Source of the DNA: Octopus sinensis
Lineage: Eukaryota
Assembly: GCF_006345805.1 (NCBI RefSeq)
Contig: NC_043000.1
Location: forward strand, 6,324,001 to 6,388,000
Length of the DNA stretch: 64,000 nt
Direction of reading: 5' to 3'
Part shown: piece by piece, positions 52,890-63,618 of the stretch
Layout of the letters: each line of letters begins with the position of its first letter
How positions within the stretch are numbered: position 1 is the first letter of the stretch
Program-made: the position numbers and the translations under genes
Notes under the pieces: generated by a model
The model's input: only the letters and a program-made list of their open reading frames with translations
Databases searched by the model: none
Told to the model about the DNA's origin: nothing

Positions 52890-53494
52890 TATATATATAG
52901 TATATCTTATGTGTACAAATAGATATACAACTTGCTGGTGAATTTAGAACTCCACATTGATTACTATTATCCAATCTGCTTCCATTATAGTGGTTTTGTT
53001 CCTGCTGTACTTCATAGCATTATTGGTTGTGATTTACAGAACAAATGTAGGAAAAATTATGATAAACACAAGTTTATGTCATCTGTTTCCCAGAAATGTT
53101 TTACCATTGTGGTTCTTTCCAACTTTTACATTTGATCTCTGCAAGATAAATGCAATAAAGTGTTCCCTTGATAATCCATTGTACATCCAATTACATTTGG
53201 AACATCCAATGCAAAGGTTGCATAGAGCCACAAATGTATAGATGCATATCTTTTTATTTTATCTTTTATCTTTTACTTGTTTTCCCATCATGCTGGGGCA
53301 CTGTCCTGAAGAGTTTTTAATCAAACAAATCAACCCTAATAGTATTTTTTAAAGCTAGTACTTACTCAATCAATTTCCTTTGCCCAACTGCTGAACTATG
53401 GGGACATAAACACACCAACAGCAGATGTCAAACAGTGGAAGGGGGACAAAAACAGACACAAAGATAGATACACACACGCGCACGCACGCACATG

Positions 53495-53534
<40 letters not shown>

Positions 53535-54039
53535 AAGGATTTCTTTCTGTTTCCATCTATCAGATCCACTCACTAGGCTTTGTTCAGCCTGAGGGTATTA
53601 TAGAAGACACTTGCCCAAGGTCCTACACAGTGGGACTAGACACTTGGCACCATATGGTTGGGAAGCAAACCTCTTACCACACAGCCACATCTGTACCTAT
53701 AAAAAGTTTTCTGTCAGAAGTGATTGTCGTCATCATCATCATTTGATGTCCCCTTAGCATGAGTTGTACAGTTAGACAGGGTCTAACAGTCACAAGACCA
53801 TGTCTTCTTCTAGTCTCTCAACTATATATTTTTATTAATACCAACAACTTTCTAGTGTATTCTGTCTACCTTTTTGTGACTCTAGTATCTGTCAGGTTGT
53901 CTTATAACTCACAAGCCTAAAGAGTCCTCTTCTTTGAGAGGGAGAACAGATGAAGTGGTCACTTTATGTGATATGTGGAGCGGTTAATGCATGATGGGAG
54001 GATTAGGGACAGGTTTGTTGTTAGGGGAGTTTCTCAACA

Positions 54040-54270
54040 ATTTAATAATTAAGTTACGGAGATGTACTTGCAAAGCAAGTGACCTGATCTGAGATTGTGT
54101 GCTGGAACGCAAACAATTGCAGCGTGGAAGGTGTTTATAAGCCATTTAAGAAACACACAAAAACCGTTAGATTCACTCCAACATTGAAATTTAATTTGTC
54201 AAAATATTTTCATCGCTGTGAGGCTGTGACCTGTTCACTGACAAAATTCCGTGCTGCATGTGTTAATAAT
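54040..54270 (-). mobile_element. Penelope-like pLTR fragment
   Basis: Hammerhead-like motif followed by an AT-rich pLTR-type body. No TIR or tRNA head. Confidence 0.55.
54195..54245 (-). ncRNA. Minimal type-I hammerhead-like motif with swapped G3-C8 core (GUGAACA)
   Basis: TTTGTCA-GTGAACA-G-GTCAC(AGCCTCACA)GCGAT-GAA-AATATT-T-TGACAAA: perfect 7-bp stem I and palindromic stem III. Stem II mismatches are CpG-type decay of GTCGC/GCGAC. Confidence 0.65.
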
Positions 54271-54308
54271 TAAGATCTTCAGTTAAAACCCAAATTGTCC
54301 TAAAACAG

Positions 54309-54492
54309 GATAAAATATTGCTCACTCAAACATAACAGACATCTGATGGAGAAATTACAGCAAGAATCACGTCTTTATGGACTTTCCCTTTCTAAAGTTG
54401 ACCAGTGTATCTTGAAAAGAGCTGAACAAGATTTTTTCAGTAGCCAGATGTATTTCAACAAACTCATTGAGGATCTGCTTTCTGGACATTGA
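54309..54492 (+). CDS. Candidate terminal exon: IKYCSLKHNRHLMEKLQQESRLYGLSLSKVDQCILKRAEQDFFSSQMYFNKLIEDLLSGH*
   Basis: 60 open codons with globular helical composition in unique sequence, after the acceptor ttgtcctaaaacag. No family recognised. Confidence 0.3.
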
Positions 54493-54880
54493 AATGAATT
54501 CTTGTTAACCTGGTAAAGCTGTTATATGTGTAGCTGGTACCAGTTTCGACTTCGGCTCTATGCACCATTCCTGTGATTAATTAAATGCCATAAAGTGAGT
54601 ACTAACCGTGTGTATGGATGAGTGTCTGTATGGAAATGTGGTTTTGATATTCTCCTTTTTCTTTGTTGCCAGCAACGATAACAACTTTTTGAAATGTGCT
54701 GGTATTATAATGAACAATATTCTTCAGTTTTGTGGCTTCTAGGAGTTAGATTCACATCAAATTTTTTCCTAGGCAAGGGCTTATATCTAAGAGTACATAG
54801 TTCAAAATATTTTATACTCACAAAGCAATTTTTGTCTAAAATTAAGGAGCACTCATATAGAGAACATGCATGTGCATGTG

Positions 54881-54934
<54 letters not shown>

Positions 54935-54944
54935 TGCACACACA

Positions 54945-54975
<31 letters not shown>

Positions 54976-55661
54976 TGTATATTCATAAGCCTACACACCC
55001 CTGCACAAAATCATACATACAGCCCTATTTTATCCCCCACAGTCATCCTTCAGCTGGAATGGAACTCAGAACTAAGAGGATCTAAATTTAATTCACAAAA
55101 GTATTTAGCCTAACACTCTACGATTTTTGTTCATTTCCATTGTTCCAGACCTTCCATTCATTAAAATTCTACTGAACATATGTTGTCTAATTGTTTTCAA
55201 ACATTATAAATATAACATTATAATTATGTTTTCAAACATTATAAATTATACTGTAAAATACAGTGTAAAAAAAATCCATAAACAAACGGAAAATTTAGAA
55301 ATATATAACGAAGCTGTGCCTAAAGGATAAAATGAGAAAATATAATAATTATAACATTGTTTGAAATTATTCCTCTGCAATCAGACACACACAGTGTACA
55401 CATTCATTTACGTAAAATACAGAAAAATTAAGCATATTCAAATCACTTGCTCACATACGCACACGGAGCATACAATCATAAAAAACATCAACATGTAATA
55501 GGATGCACTTGAATCATAGATAAATACACATGCAGTAAATATTACGTCAACTCTCCAGCAAAGCATGTGTATTCCTATGATTGAATTAGCATATAATTAT
55601 ACGAATGTGTTATTTTAAACATTAAGTGTCAAGAAACCAATCATTTATTTTTTTTTTTTTT

Positions 55662-56510
55662 AATTTCGGCTAGTTTCAGTTCACGAGCTGTGGCCATGCT
55701 GGGGCACTGCCATTTGCCGTTGCTACATAATTTTACTTCCCGAATGCTTTTTAGCAATTGACATTTGGTGCATGAGAGAGTTTAATGCTGCTGCCCTCAT
55801 CTGCACCTCCTGCCGCGAAGTCGGCTCATCTGGGACACCTGACAGGAAAAGGCCCAGCTTTATTTTGAAGACACCTACATCCACCCCATGCAGGTCTCTC
55901 AAGTCCTTTGGGAGGATATTGAAGAGCTGTGGACCTCTGAAGCCCAGGCTATTGCAGTATCTTGTCCTACATCTTGATGGCAAATTTAGAGTCCTTGGCA
56001 CTATGCAGTGGCAATCAGTTCTAGTATTTGTGTAACTCTCGATGCCAAAGTTTGGGACAAGTCCTTCCAGGATCTTCCAGATGTATATTATGGCATATCT
56101 TTCTCGCTTACACTCTAAGGAATAGAGTCTTAATCTCTTGAGTCTTTCCCAATAGCTTATATGCTGCGTAGAGTCTATCTTCTTTGTGTAACTTCATTGG
56201 ATTGCCTCAAGTTCTGAGATTAATTTGACACTGGTGGGTGACCATAGCTGAGAGCAATAGTCAAAATGGTTTAGGACAAGTGTCCTCCAGAGGAACATCA
56301 TGATTTCCTGGTCCCTCGTTCTAAAAGTTCTAAGAATCCATCTGGTCAGCTGCCTGCATTTCATTGCTAATTTAGCAACATGCACATGAAAGGTTACATC
56401 ATTTCTCATGTAAATGCCCAGGTCTCACACTGTTAATCTTCCAATATGTATTTTTTAAATCTAACAGATTTAACCCTTTGCTGCTATATTTCTGTTGAAA
56501 TGCATTACTT
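55662..56510 (-). mobile_element. CR1/Jockey-group LINE 3' fragment with poly(A)
   Basis: WILRTFRTRD...LWRTLVLNHFDYCSQLWSP...LEAIQ...YWERLKRLRLYSLE.RERY...GPQLFNILP. T-run at 55648-55661. Confidence 0.9.
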
Positions 56511-56519
56511 TTCATCATC

Positions 56520-57260
56520 ATCATCATCATCATCGTTTAACGTCCGTTCTCCATGCTAGCATGGGTTGGACGGTTCGACCGGGGATCTGGGAAGCCAGAA
56601 GGCTGCACCAGGCTCCAGTCTGATCTGGCAGTGTTTCTACAGCTGGATGCCCTTCCTAATGCCAACCACTCCGTGAGTGTAGTGGGTGCTTTTTACGTGC
56701 CACCGGCACAGGTGCCAGGCAAGGCTGGCAATGGCCACGATCGGATTGGTGCTTTTTACGTACCACCAGCACGGAAGCCAGTCAAGTCGGCGCTGGCATC
56801 GGCCACGTTCGGATGGTGCTTTTTATGTGCCACCAGCACGGAAGCCAGTCTAGGCGGCACTGGCATCGGCCACGTTCGGATGGTGCTTTTTATGTGCCAC
56901 CAGCACGGAAGCCAGTCTAGGCGGCACTGGCATCGGCCACGTTCGGATGGTGCTTTTTATGTACCACCAGCATGGAAGCCAGTCTAGGCGGCGCTGGCAT
57001 CGGCCACGTTCGGATGGTGCTTTTTATGTGCCACCAGCACGGAAGCCAGTCAAGTCGGCGCTGGCATCGGCCACGTTCGGATGGTGCTTTTTATGTGCCA
57101 CCAGCACAGAAACCAGTCTAGGCGGCGCTGGCATCGGCCACGTTCGGATGGTGCTTTTTACGTGCCACCGGCACAGTGATCACAACTACAGTTTCCATTG
57201 ATTTTTGATGTTGGTGTACTTGACTCAATGGATCTCCTCAAGCACAGGGTCGAAACAGTG
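56520..57260 (-). mobile_element. SINE family C (RTE-type 3' tail ending in (GAT)n) with an internal 67-bp VNTR
   Basis: RTE-like 3' end ggttggcgttaggaagggcatccagctgtagaaac...aaacgatgatgat. Other copies: 6930-7350(+), 22055-22515(+), 25690-25833(+), 46930-47130(-), 51240-51670(-), 57765-57985(-). Confidence 0.85.
56680..57175. repeat. 67-bp minisatellite, ~7 units
   Basis: ggccacgttcggatgg recurs at 56801, 56868, 56935, 57002, 57069 and 57136. Confidence 0.95.
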
Positions 57261-58142
57261 TTTCTTTAGGACAAGTGTCAAATAATTTTTTAAATAATAA
57301 AGAATTTAGTGAAATAAATAAATATTAAGCTGGTGTTTAGAAGACAAATTAATAGGAAATTCTGATGAATGGTTTTTAATTTAGATCAATTTAAAACAGG
57401 AAGCTTGTCATAGAACCCTGGAGCAGTTTGAAGTAGGTTGGTATTAATGGCTTTACAAAGTATTGTGTTGTAGCCATTCCTATATTTTATGATTAGTATT
57501 CAGAGAATCGTTCTTACTGAGAAACTCTCCTGAACTCATAATTAGGATACTCTTATAAAGTGAATTTTGTTTTTATGCAGGTGTGGCTGTGTGGTAAGAA
57601 GTTTGCTTCCCAACCACATGGTTCTGAGTTCAGTCCCACTACATGGCATCATGAGCAAGTGTCTTCTACTATAGCCTCAGGTTGACCAATGCCTTGTGAG
57701 TGGATTTGGTAGATGGAAACTGAAGGAGTCCATCATGTATATATATATAAGTATATATCATCATCATCATTATCATCGTTTAACGTCCGTTCTCCATGCT
57801 AGCATGGGTTGGACGGTTCAACTGGGGTCTGGGAAGCCAGGAGGCTGCGCCAGGCCCAGTCTGATCTGGCAGTGTTTCTACAGCTGGATGCCCTTCCTAA
57901 CGCCAACCACTCCGAGAGTGTAGTGGGCGCTTTTTATGTGCCACGATCGGATGGTACTTTTTACGTGCCACCGGCACGGAGGCCTGAGAAAGTTGGTGTG
58001 TGAAAGCACGTGGTTAGATATATAAAAAATAGAAAAGAGTGAAAAAACTACAGAACGCTTGTTTTATAAGGTTAAAGGATATATTTAAGTCGTTATGTTA
58101 GAAAAATGTTAGAAAATTTTGTGTTTAGTAACATAGTTTTTG

Positions 58143-58179
58143 GAGAAAAAACGGTTTCGTGTAAACTTTTCAATTTCTC
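58143..58179 (-). ncRNA. Weaker hammerhead-like motif with U3-A8 core (UUGAAAA)
   Basis: GAGAAA-TTGAAAA-GT(TTAC)AC-GAA-ACCGTT-T-TTTCTC. Stem I 6 bp, stem II only 2 bp, stem III one change from palindromic ACCGGT. Confidence 0.35.
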
Positions 58180-59913
58180 AAAGTTCTTTACCTACATCAT
58201 GTCATGTCTTCGTTGCACTTCTACCTAAACATATCATAGAGCAATATGCAAACATTAATAAGCTGTTTCACAAAGAAGCCCACACTTACATTTTCTAATC
58301 ATTTATGCACCACCTCTGAACAAACTGATTTTGTACCACTTCCACAAAGAAACCCACTTAACAGAAGCTGATGAAAGAGCCACTAACCAGTCCCTCAGTC
58401 TGCTAGAAATGACTGCCAGGTCTCTTCTCAAATCATATTCTATTGTTTTAACCATTGTGTTACCATATTTCTGCTGAAATACACAGCATTTGTTTCAATT
58501 ACCATATTTATTCATGCATAAGTCACACTGTTTTATATTTGAATTGAAAAAAAATTATCTGGTGACTTATAAATGGAGCAAACTAAAACTTTGAAGGGAA
58601 AAAAATTTCTACCTAGATTTAACACCATTGGAGTGCAGCTCATACACTAGTAAATATGGTTGCTTTGAAAATACAAAAAATTTAGGAAAATAACTTTGTC
58701 GTTATTAATCTGGTGTTTGGAACCTAAATTAACATGGAATTTTGATGGCAGGTTTTAATTTAGACCACTGTGAAACCAGATGCCTGTATCATAGAACCAG
58801 TGTTGTCTCAGGTGGATTGGTATCAAGAGGGTTAAATTTAGGATACATTTGGCCAAGGCACTCCATAATATAAAAAAAAAGGGGTGGTCATATGGAAAAC
58901 CTTTGTTCATAGTTCTGATTTATCAGGGTTAATCTGAGGCTTGACAACAGCAACTACCACTTAGCATAATCAGGGCCTCTCCTTCTGTATCATCCATTAG
59001 GTATAACCCTCTATCTTGTTACAAACTATATACAAACCCATTTACCTAATCCTTCTTCTATAGAGCTACAATAATACAGAACTCCCCCCCTCTCTCTCTC
59101 TCCTTATGTTGTCTCAATCAGTGCTAACCCAATGGTATATAGGATATGGCCTATATCTCCTTCTCAATATCTCAATATCGTTTTTCTTTCTTTGTTCAAT
59201 CAATGTTTATGAATGGGGGCATTTATCATTAGCAATTCTCTACCGAGTTTGTATCAATAAAAATTCACTTGTGTTTTTATCCCAATTATGCATGCATATT
59301 TTATTCAGTTCTCATAACAAAAAAACACATAATGCAGATTAATTCGTAGTATATTATACAGCAAGCAGTGGCTCAGTAATCTGGTTGCATCATTTGAAGT
59401 TAGGTAGGTGGGAGTGGCCACTGAGTGGTTGTGTGGACTGTCCATCATGAAACTACTCAGTGGCCACTCCCACCGTATGGTCAGGATGAGTGTAGCCATG
59501 TGCACGGGTCTTGGTTCTTGTATTCCTATGTAATGAGGAGAAGGAGGAATTACGTTGTTGTTTATATTTCATTATTCATTGCTATAGTAAAGTCGTATTT
59601 ATTTGCAGCTACTCTAGATAATTTGATATGTTAGATATTCAAATACAGAAATCTACCATTAGAAGTAAGATTGGCATGCATTCAATTGTGGGGCAACAAG
59701 GAAGAAGCATAAAATATGAAAGAAGTAATTATGGTGGTGCATGAAACATAACCTCGTGCCAGGTTGTACAACCCTGCCAAAACATGATGCCTGCATCAGT
59801 ATCAGTGATTTTTACTGGGTAAAGCAGGGGTAATGAATGAAACAGGCACTGATCTCACATCTTCACATAACGTACCTCGACCCTAGCATGTTACTGGTAT
59901 GATTTACAGGGCA

Positions 59914-60145
59914 GGGCGACGAGTTGGCAGAATCGTTAGCACGCCGGGTGAAATACTTAGCGGTATTTCGTCTGCCGTTACGTTCTGAGTTCAAATTCCA
60001 CCGAGGTCGACTCTGCTTTTCATCCTTTCGGGGTCGATTAAATAAGTACCAGTTACGCACTGGGGTCGATAAAATCGGCTTAATCCGTTTATCTGTTCTT
60101 GTTTGTCCTCTCTGTGTTTAGCCCCTTGTGGGTAGTAAAGAAATA
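59914..60145 (+). mobile_element. SINE family B (tRNA head plus Deu/Nin-like central domain gcctttcatcctttcggggtcgat-aa-taagtaccag), young copy with 18-bp TSD
   Basis: TSD ggtatgatttacagggca at 59896-59913 and 60146-60163. Other copies: 18870-19100(-), 23144-23375, 29275-29500(-), 42985-43150, tandem dimer 45705-46110(-), 47138-47360. Confidence 0.85.
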
Positions 60146-60271
60146 GGTATGATTTACAGGGCAAAATAGAGGCAATGAATGAAACAAGTATTGTTCTACA
60201 TCTTCACTCATTGTACCTCAACCCTAGCATGTTACTGGTACAATTTATGGGTAAATCAGAGGCCAGATAGA

Positions 60272-61756
60272 ATTTGTTGAGATAGATTTTCTTGCAACTG
60301 GATACCCTTCCTGTCACCAACACTCTCCTATTTCCAAGCAAGGTAATATTTCCCCATGACTGGACACGTTTTTGATAGAAACAAACTTGCTTGTATGACG
60401 ATGATGATGATGATGCTCATTTATGACCATCACATGATGACCAGACAAGGGTACACCCATACATATCAACACACACATATGCATGAATACACACACATAT
60501 GCATGAATACACACACACACACGACAGGCTTCTTTCAGTTTCTGTCTACCAAATCCACTCAGTAGGCTTTGGTTGGTTCAGTGGGACTGAACCTAAGACC
60601 ACATGGTTGGAAAGCAAGTTCCTCAACTCCACAGCCACACCAACACCTAACAGGCAATGTGTAGAAGCCTTTGGTCTGGATTTTCATCAAAAGCGATGTT
60701 ATGAATATTAGATTTATATAACGATGTGCAATTCATGGGTTATTTTAAAATCTTGAAATGAACATGTATATTGCAATATTATTGTGGATGAATGTGCATA
60801 TTCAATGGTAGCTTTAAAAAAATCAAAAAGCCACACTACTCAACCCTGAAGGATCCTTAAGCAAACCCCAAGTATAAATCCTCAATATCATATACATAGC
60901 TACTAAAACCTACTTCCATAACAGCACTGACCTTTAAGTATTTGAAGTGAGCTGTAACTCTATTACACATGCTTGAGTATTTCTCTCTCTTAGTCTAAAC
61001 AATAAAGAAAAATTAAATAAAATAAAAACTGTATATAATTATGAAAAAAAATTAAAAGCTCAAAATAGCTTCATGAAGTTTACGAGGGAAGAAATAAAGC
61101 AAGCTAACAAAATTCTCTATCGTAACTGACAAGATTGAGAAAATTAAATATGCGCACTAAGAATATCTCTAACCTTTTTTCTGAATATTTCTCTAATACA
61201 ATACTCTGCCAATATCTTAAAATTCTAAAATAATCAACAATTTGGTGGAGTTCACTGATATAACTAACTCTTCCATTATCGAGTTGATGAGTGAAATACA
61301 AATTATAAAAGATTTTACATAAAATTACGACAGACAGTTATAATTTAAATATGAACACTTCAAAGCAGGCAGTTTTGTATTGTATGTCTAGAGGGTGGTC
61401 TTGTGTGGTCGTATCAAAAACATTTGATCTATTCTTTTCATTTGTTGAGATAGATTTTCTTGCAACTGGATACCCTTCCTGTCACCAACACTCTCCTATT
61501 TCCAAGCAAGGTAATATTTCCCCATGACTGGACACGGTTTTTGATAGAAACAAACTAGCTCGTATGACGATGATGATGATGTTCATTTATGACCATCACA
61601 TGATGACCAGACAAGTGTACACCCATTCATATCAACACACACACATATCAACACAAACATATGCATGAATACACACACACACATACAAACATGCACACAC
61701 ACACATACATGCACACACACACACACACACATACATGCACACACACACACACACAT

Positions 61757-61828
<72 letters not shown>

Positions 61829-61865
61829 CAGGCTTCTTTCAGTTTCTGTCTACCAAATCCACTCA
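60272..61865 (+). repeat. Local direct duplication: 60272-60561 repeated at 61440-61865
   Basis: Both copies share the same junctions and private SINE mutations. The second has an expanded (CA)n. Confidence 0.85.
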
Positions 61866-62049
61866 CTTTTTCAAGCAGCCACAACTGAGATGTTTTTCAT
61901 ATTACTGCCCCAGAAATCTCTGCCTCCCGTTAGCTTTGGTGGATCTTTGATTTTTTTGTTTCCATCAATAACGTCAAAATAACTAAGTGGTTTTCATCCT
62001 CTATTAGGATGCAGAAATCTCCAAAATATAACATTTGATATGGCCTGTT

Positions 62050-62325
62050 GTTCAGAATTATAGCAGCGTCTAGCAAAGCCTACCCTGCATTGGGCAATAA
62101 TTGTAGAGATGGATGGAATGTGTCCATAAATCTCCCCTTTGGTTTTATGTTCACCCATAAGATGAGGCTTCTCACCTCATGAGAATCCTGGTGTATGTAC
62201 CATCAATGAGATCTTGAACCTCTTTCGTCATAGTTCAAGTTTTGGTTCTATAGAGAATAATGTACTTCACGCATACCCTGAAGAAGGCCAGCCTTCTTGA
62301 CTTAGAAGTACTGAACTGCTAGATA
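62050..62325 (-). mobile_element. RTEX/RTE LINE RT C-terminal remnant (left part)
   Basis: SSVLLSQEGW...MTKEVQDLIDGTYTRILMR...EIYGHIPSISTIIAQCRVGFARRCY. Confidence 0.8.
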
Positions 62326-62505
62326 TTAAGTTGTTCCAAAAATAATGGCCACTCTAAGCATTGTGTTTTGAAACGAAATTTTATTATAGTATTTTAATTA
62401 TATTTTAAGTGAATTTCGACATACTTAATAATTGATGTATGTTCTTTAATAATTTTATACTTATTTCAGACAGAAAACATTCTTGAAGCATAGGTGTCCT
62501 TAATT

Positions 62506-62964
62506 ATGAACACGACAAAAAAGGACCACTTATATTTCTTGCATGAGTTCAAGCTTGGGCACAATGCCTCTCAAACTGTTGCCAATATCAACAGAGCATG
62601 GGGAGAGGGGTCCACAAGTGATTTCACAGTACAAAGGGGGTTTCAGAAATTCTGTAGTGGTGATGAGAGCCTTGAGGATGAAGAAGGTAGAAGACGGTCA
62701 TGCAGTCTTGACAATGAACAATTGAAAGCAATTGTGGAACAAAACCCCCGTCAAAGTGTCAGAGAAATGTCTCAGACACTTGGTGTCAGTATTGCAATGG
62801 TCTCACGCAATTTGCAGAAGATTGGTAAAGTGAAAAAGCTCAATAAATGGGTACCACATCCTCCATATTCTACTGATCTTTCACCCACTGACTACTGTTT
62901 TTTTAAGCATTTAGACACTTTTTTAAGTGATAAAACTTTCAGGTCCAAACCAGAGATGGAATAA
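62506..62964 (+). pseudogene. Mariner transposase deletion derivative: HTH domains fused in frame to the C-terminal tail, DDD domain absent
   Basis: FLHEFKLGHNASQTVANINRAWGEG...KLNKWVPH|PPYSTDLSPTDYCFFKHL, open for ~152 codons. Confidence 0.85.
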
Positions 62965-63135
62965 GCTTTCAAAGATTTGTTAGCATCAATGCCAATAAGT
63001 TTTTATCAACGAGGCATAAATAATCTCGTTAATCAATGGCAGAGATGCATAGATGTTCACAGCTCATACTTTGACCAATCAAAACATTTCTGTTGTTAAA
63101 TTTTCCAGAATAAAATTATGCTTCTGAAATCAGCC

Positions 63136-63591
63136 TGTAGCGGCACAAGCAGTTAGCACCATATTGGATGAGATCTCGTGGCAGCCATTGCCATCTCCGA
63201 GACTGGAGTGAGACCTTACCTGCATCCATTTGCCATGTGCGAGATCACAATGAGGCTCATTGTGGAGAAAACTATATAAAGGGAAAACACTCTTCAAATT
63301 CCTCTTCTTCGGCGCCATTACACAGCAGCGCCGGCTGAACACCAACACTGGCTGAGGCTTTCTGCCTGTCTCTCTCCAGAGGCAATGTGCCCACACTATC
63401 GGAGCTTAAGATGGTAGCTGAGAGCAGCACACTTCACCTTTCCTGTAAATAGACCAGTTGTAAATAGCAGTTGTACTTAAAGTCTTTTTCTCTTCACCTG
63501 CTGAAAGCCTGAATTCTATAAAGAACAAGAAGAATGATGGAAGGAAATGATATTCTTCCGATACCGTAAACCTTGCCTTTCCATTATTAAA
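63136..63591 (+). mobile_element. Putative solo LTR (Gypsy-like, 4-bp TSD AGCC) inside the mariner right end
   Basis: Starts TGTAG and ends ...ATTAAA (CA>AA). AGCC at 63132-63135 and 63592-63595. TATA-like ctatataaag at ~63272. Removing it restores the mariner subterminal sequence. Confidence 0.65.
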
Positions 63592-63618
63592 AGCCATTAT
63601 TTTCGGAACAACCTCGTA

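Larger units (their letters stand above)
62326..63616 (+). mobile_element. Mariner with TA TSD and 24-bp TIRs, internally deleted
   Basis: TA|ttaagttgttccaaaaataatggc ... gccattattttcggaacaacctcg|TA (20/24 match). Confidence 0.9.

Noticed and set aside
52932-53241. Small membrane protein ORFs (67/94 aa)
   Set aside because: Non-ATG or weak starts, and hydrophobicity explained by T-richness. No splice or homology support.
54520-54575. Additional hammerhead (GAA-ACTGGTACCAG palindrome on the - strand)
   Set aside because: No U16.1, no stem I pairing and the core does not fit.
56680-57175. CRISPR-like regular repeats
   Set aside because: Contiguous tandem units with no unique spacers, inside a eukaryotic SINE, and no cas genes.
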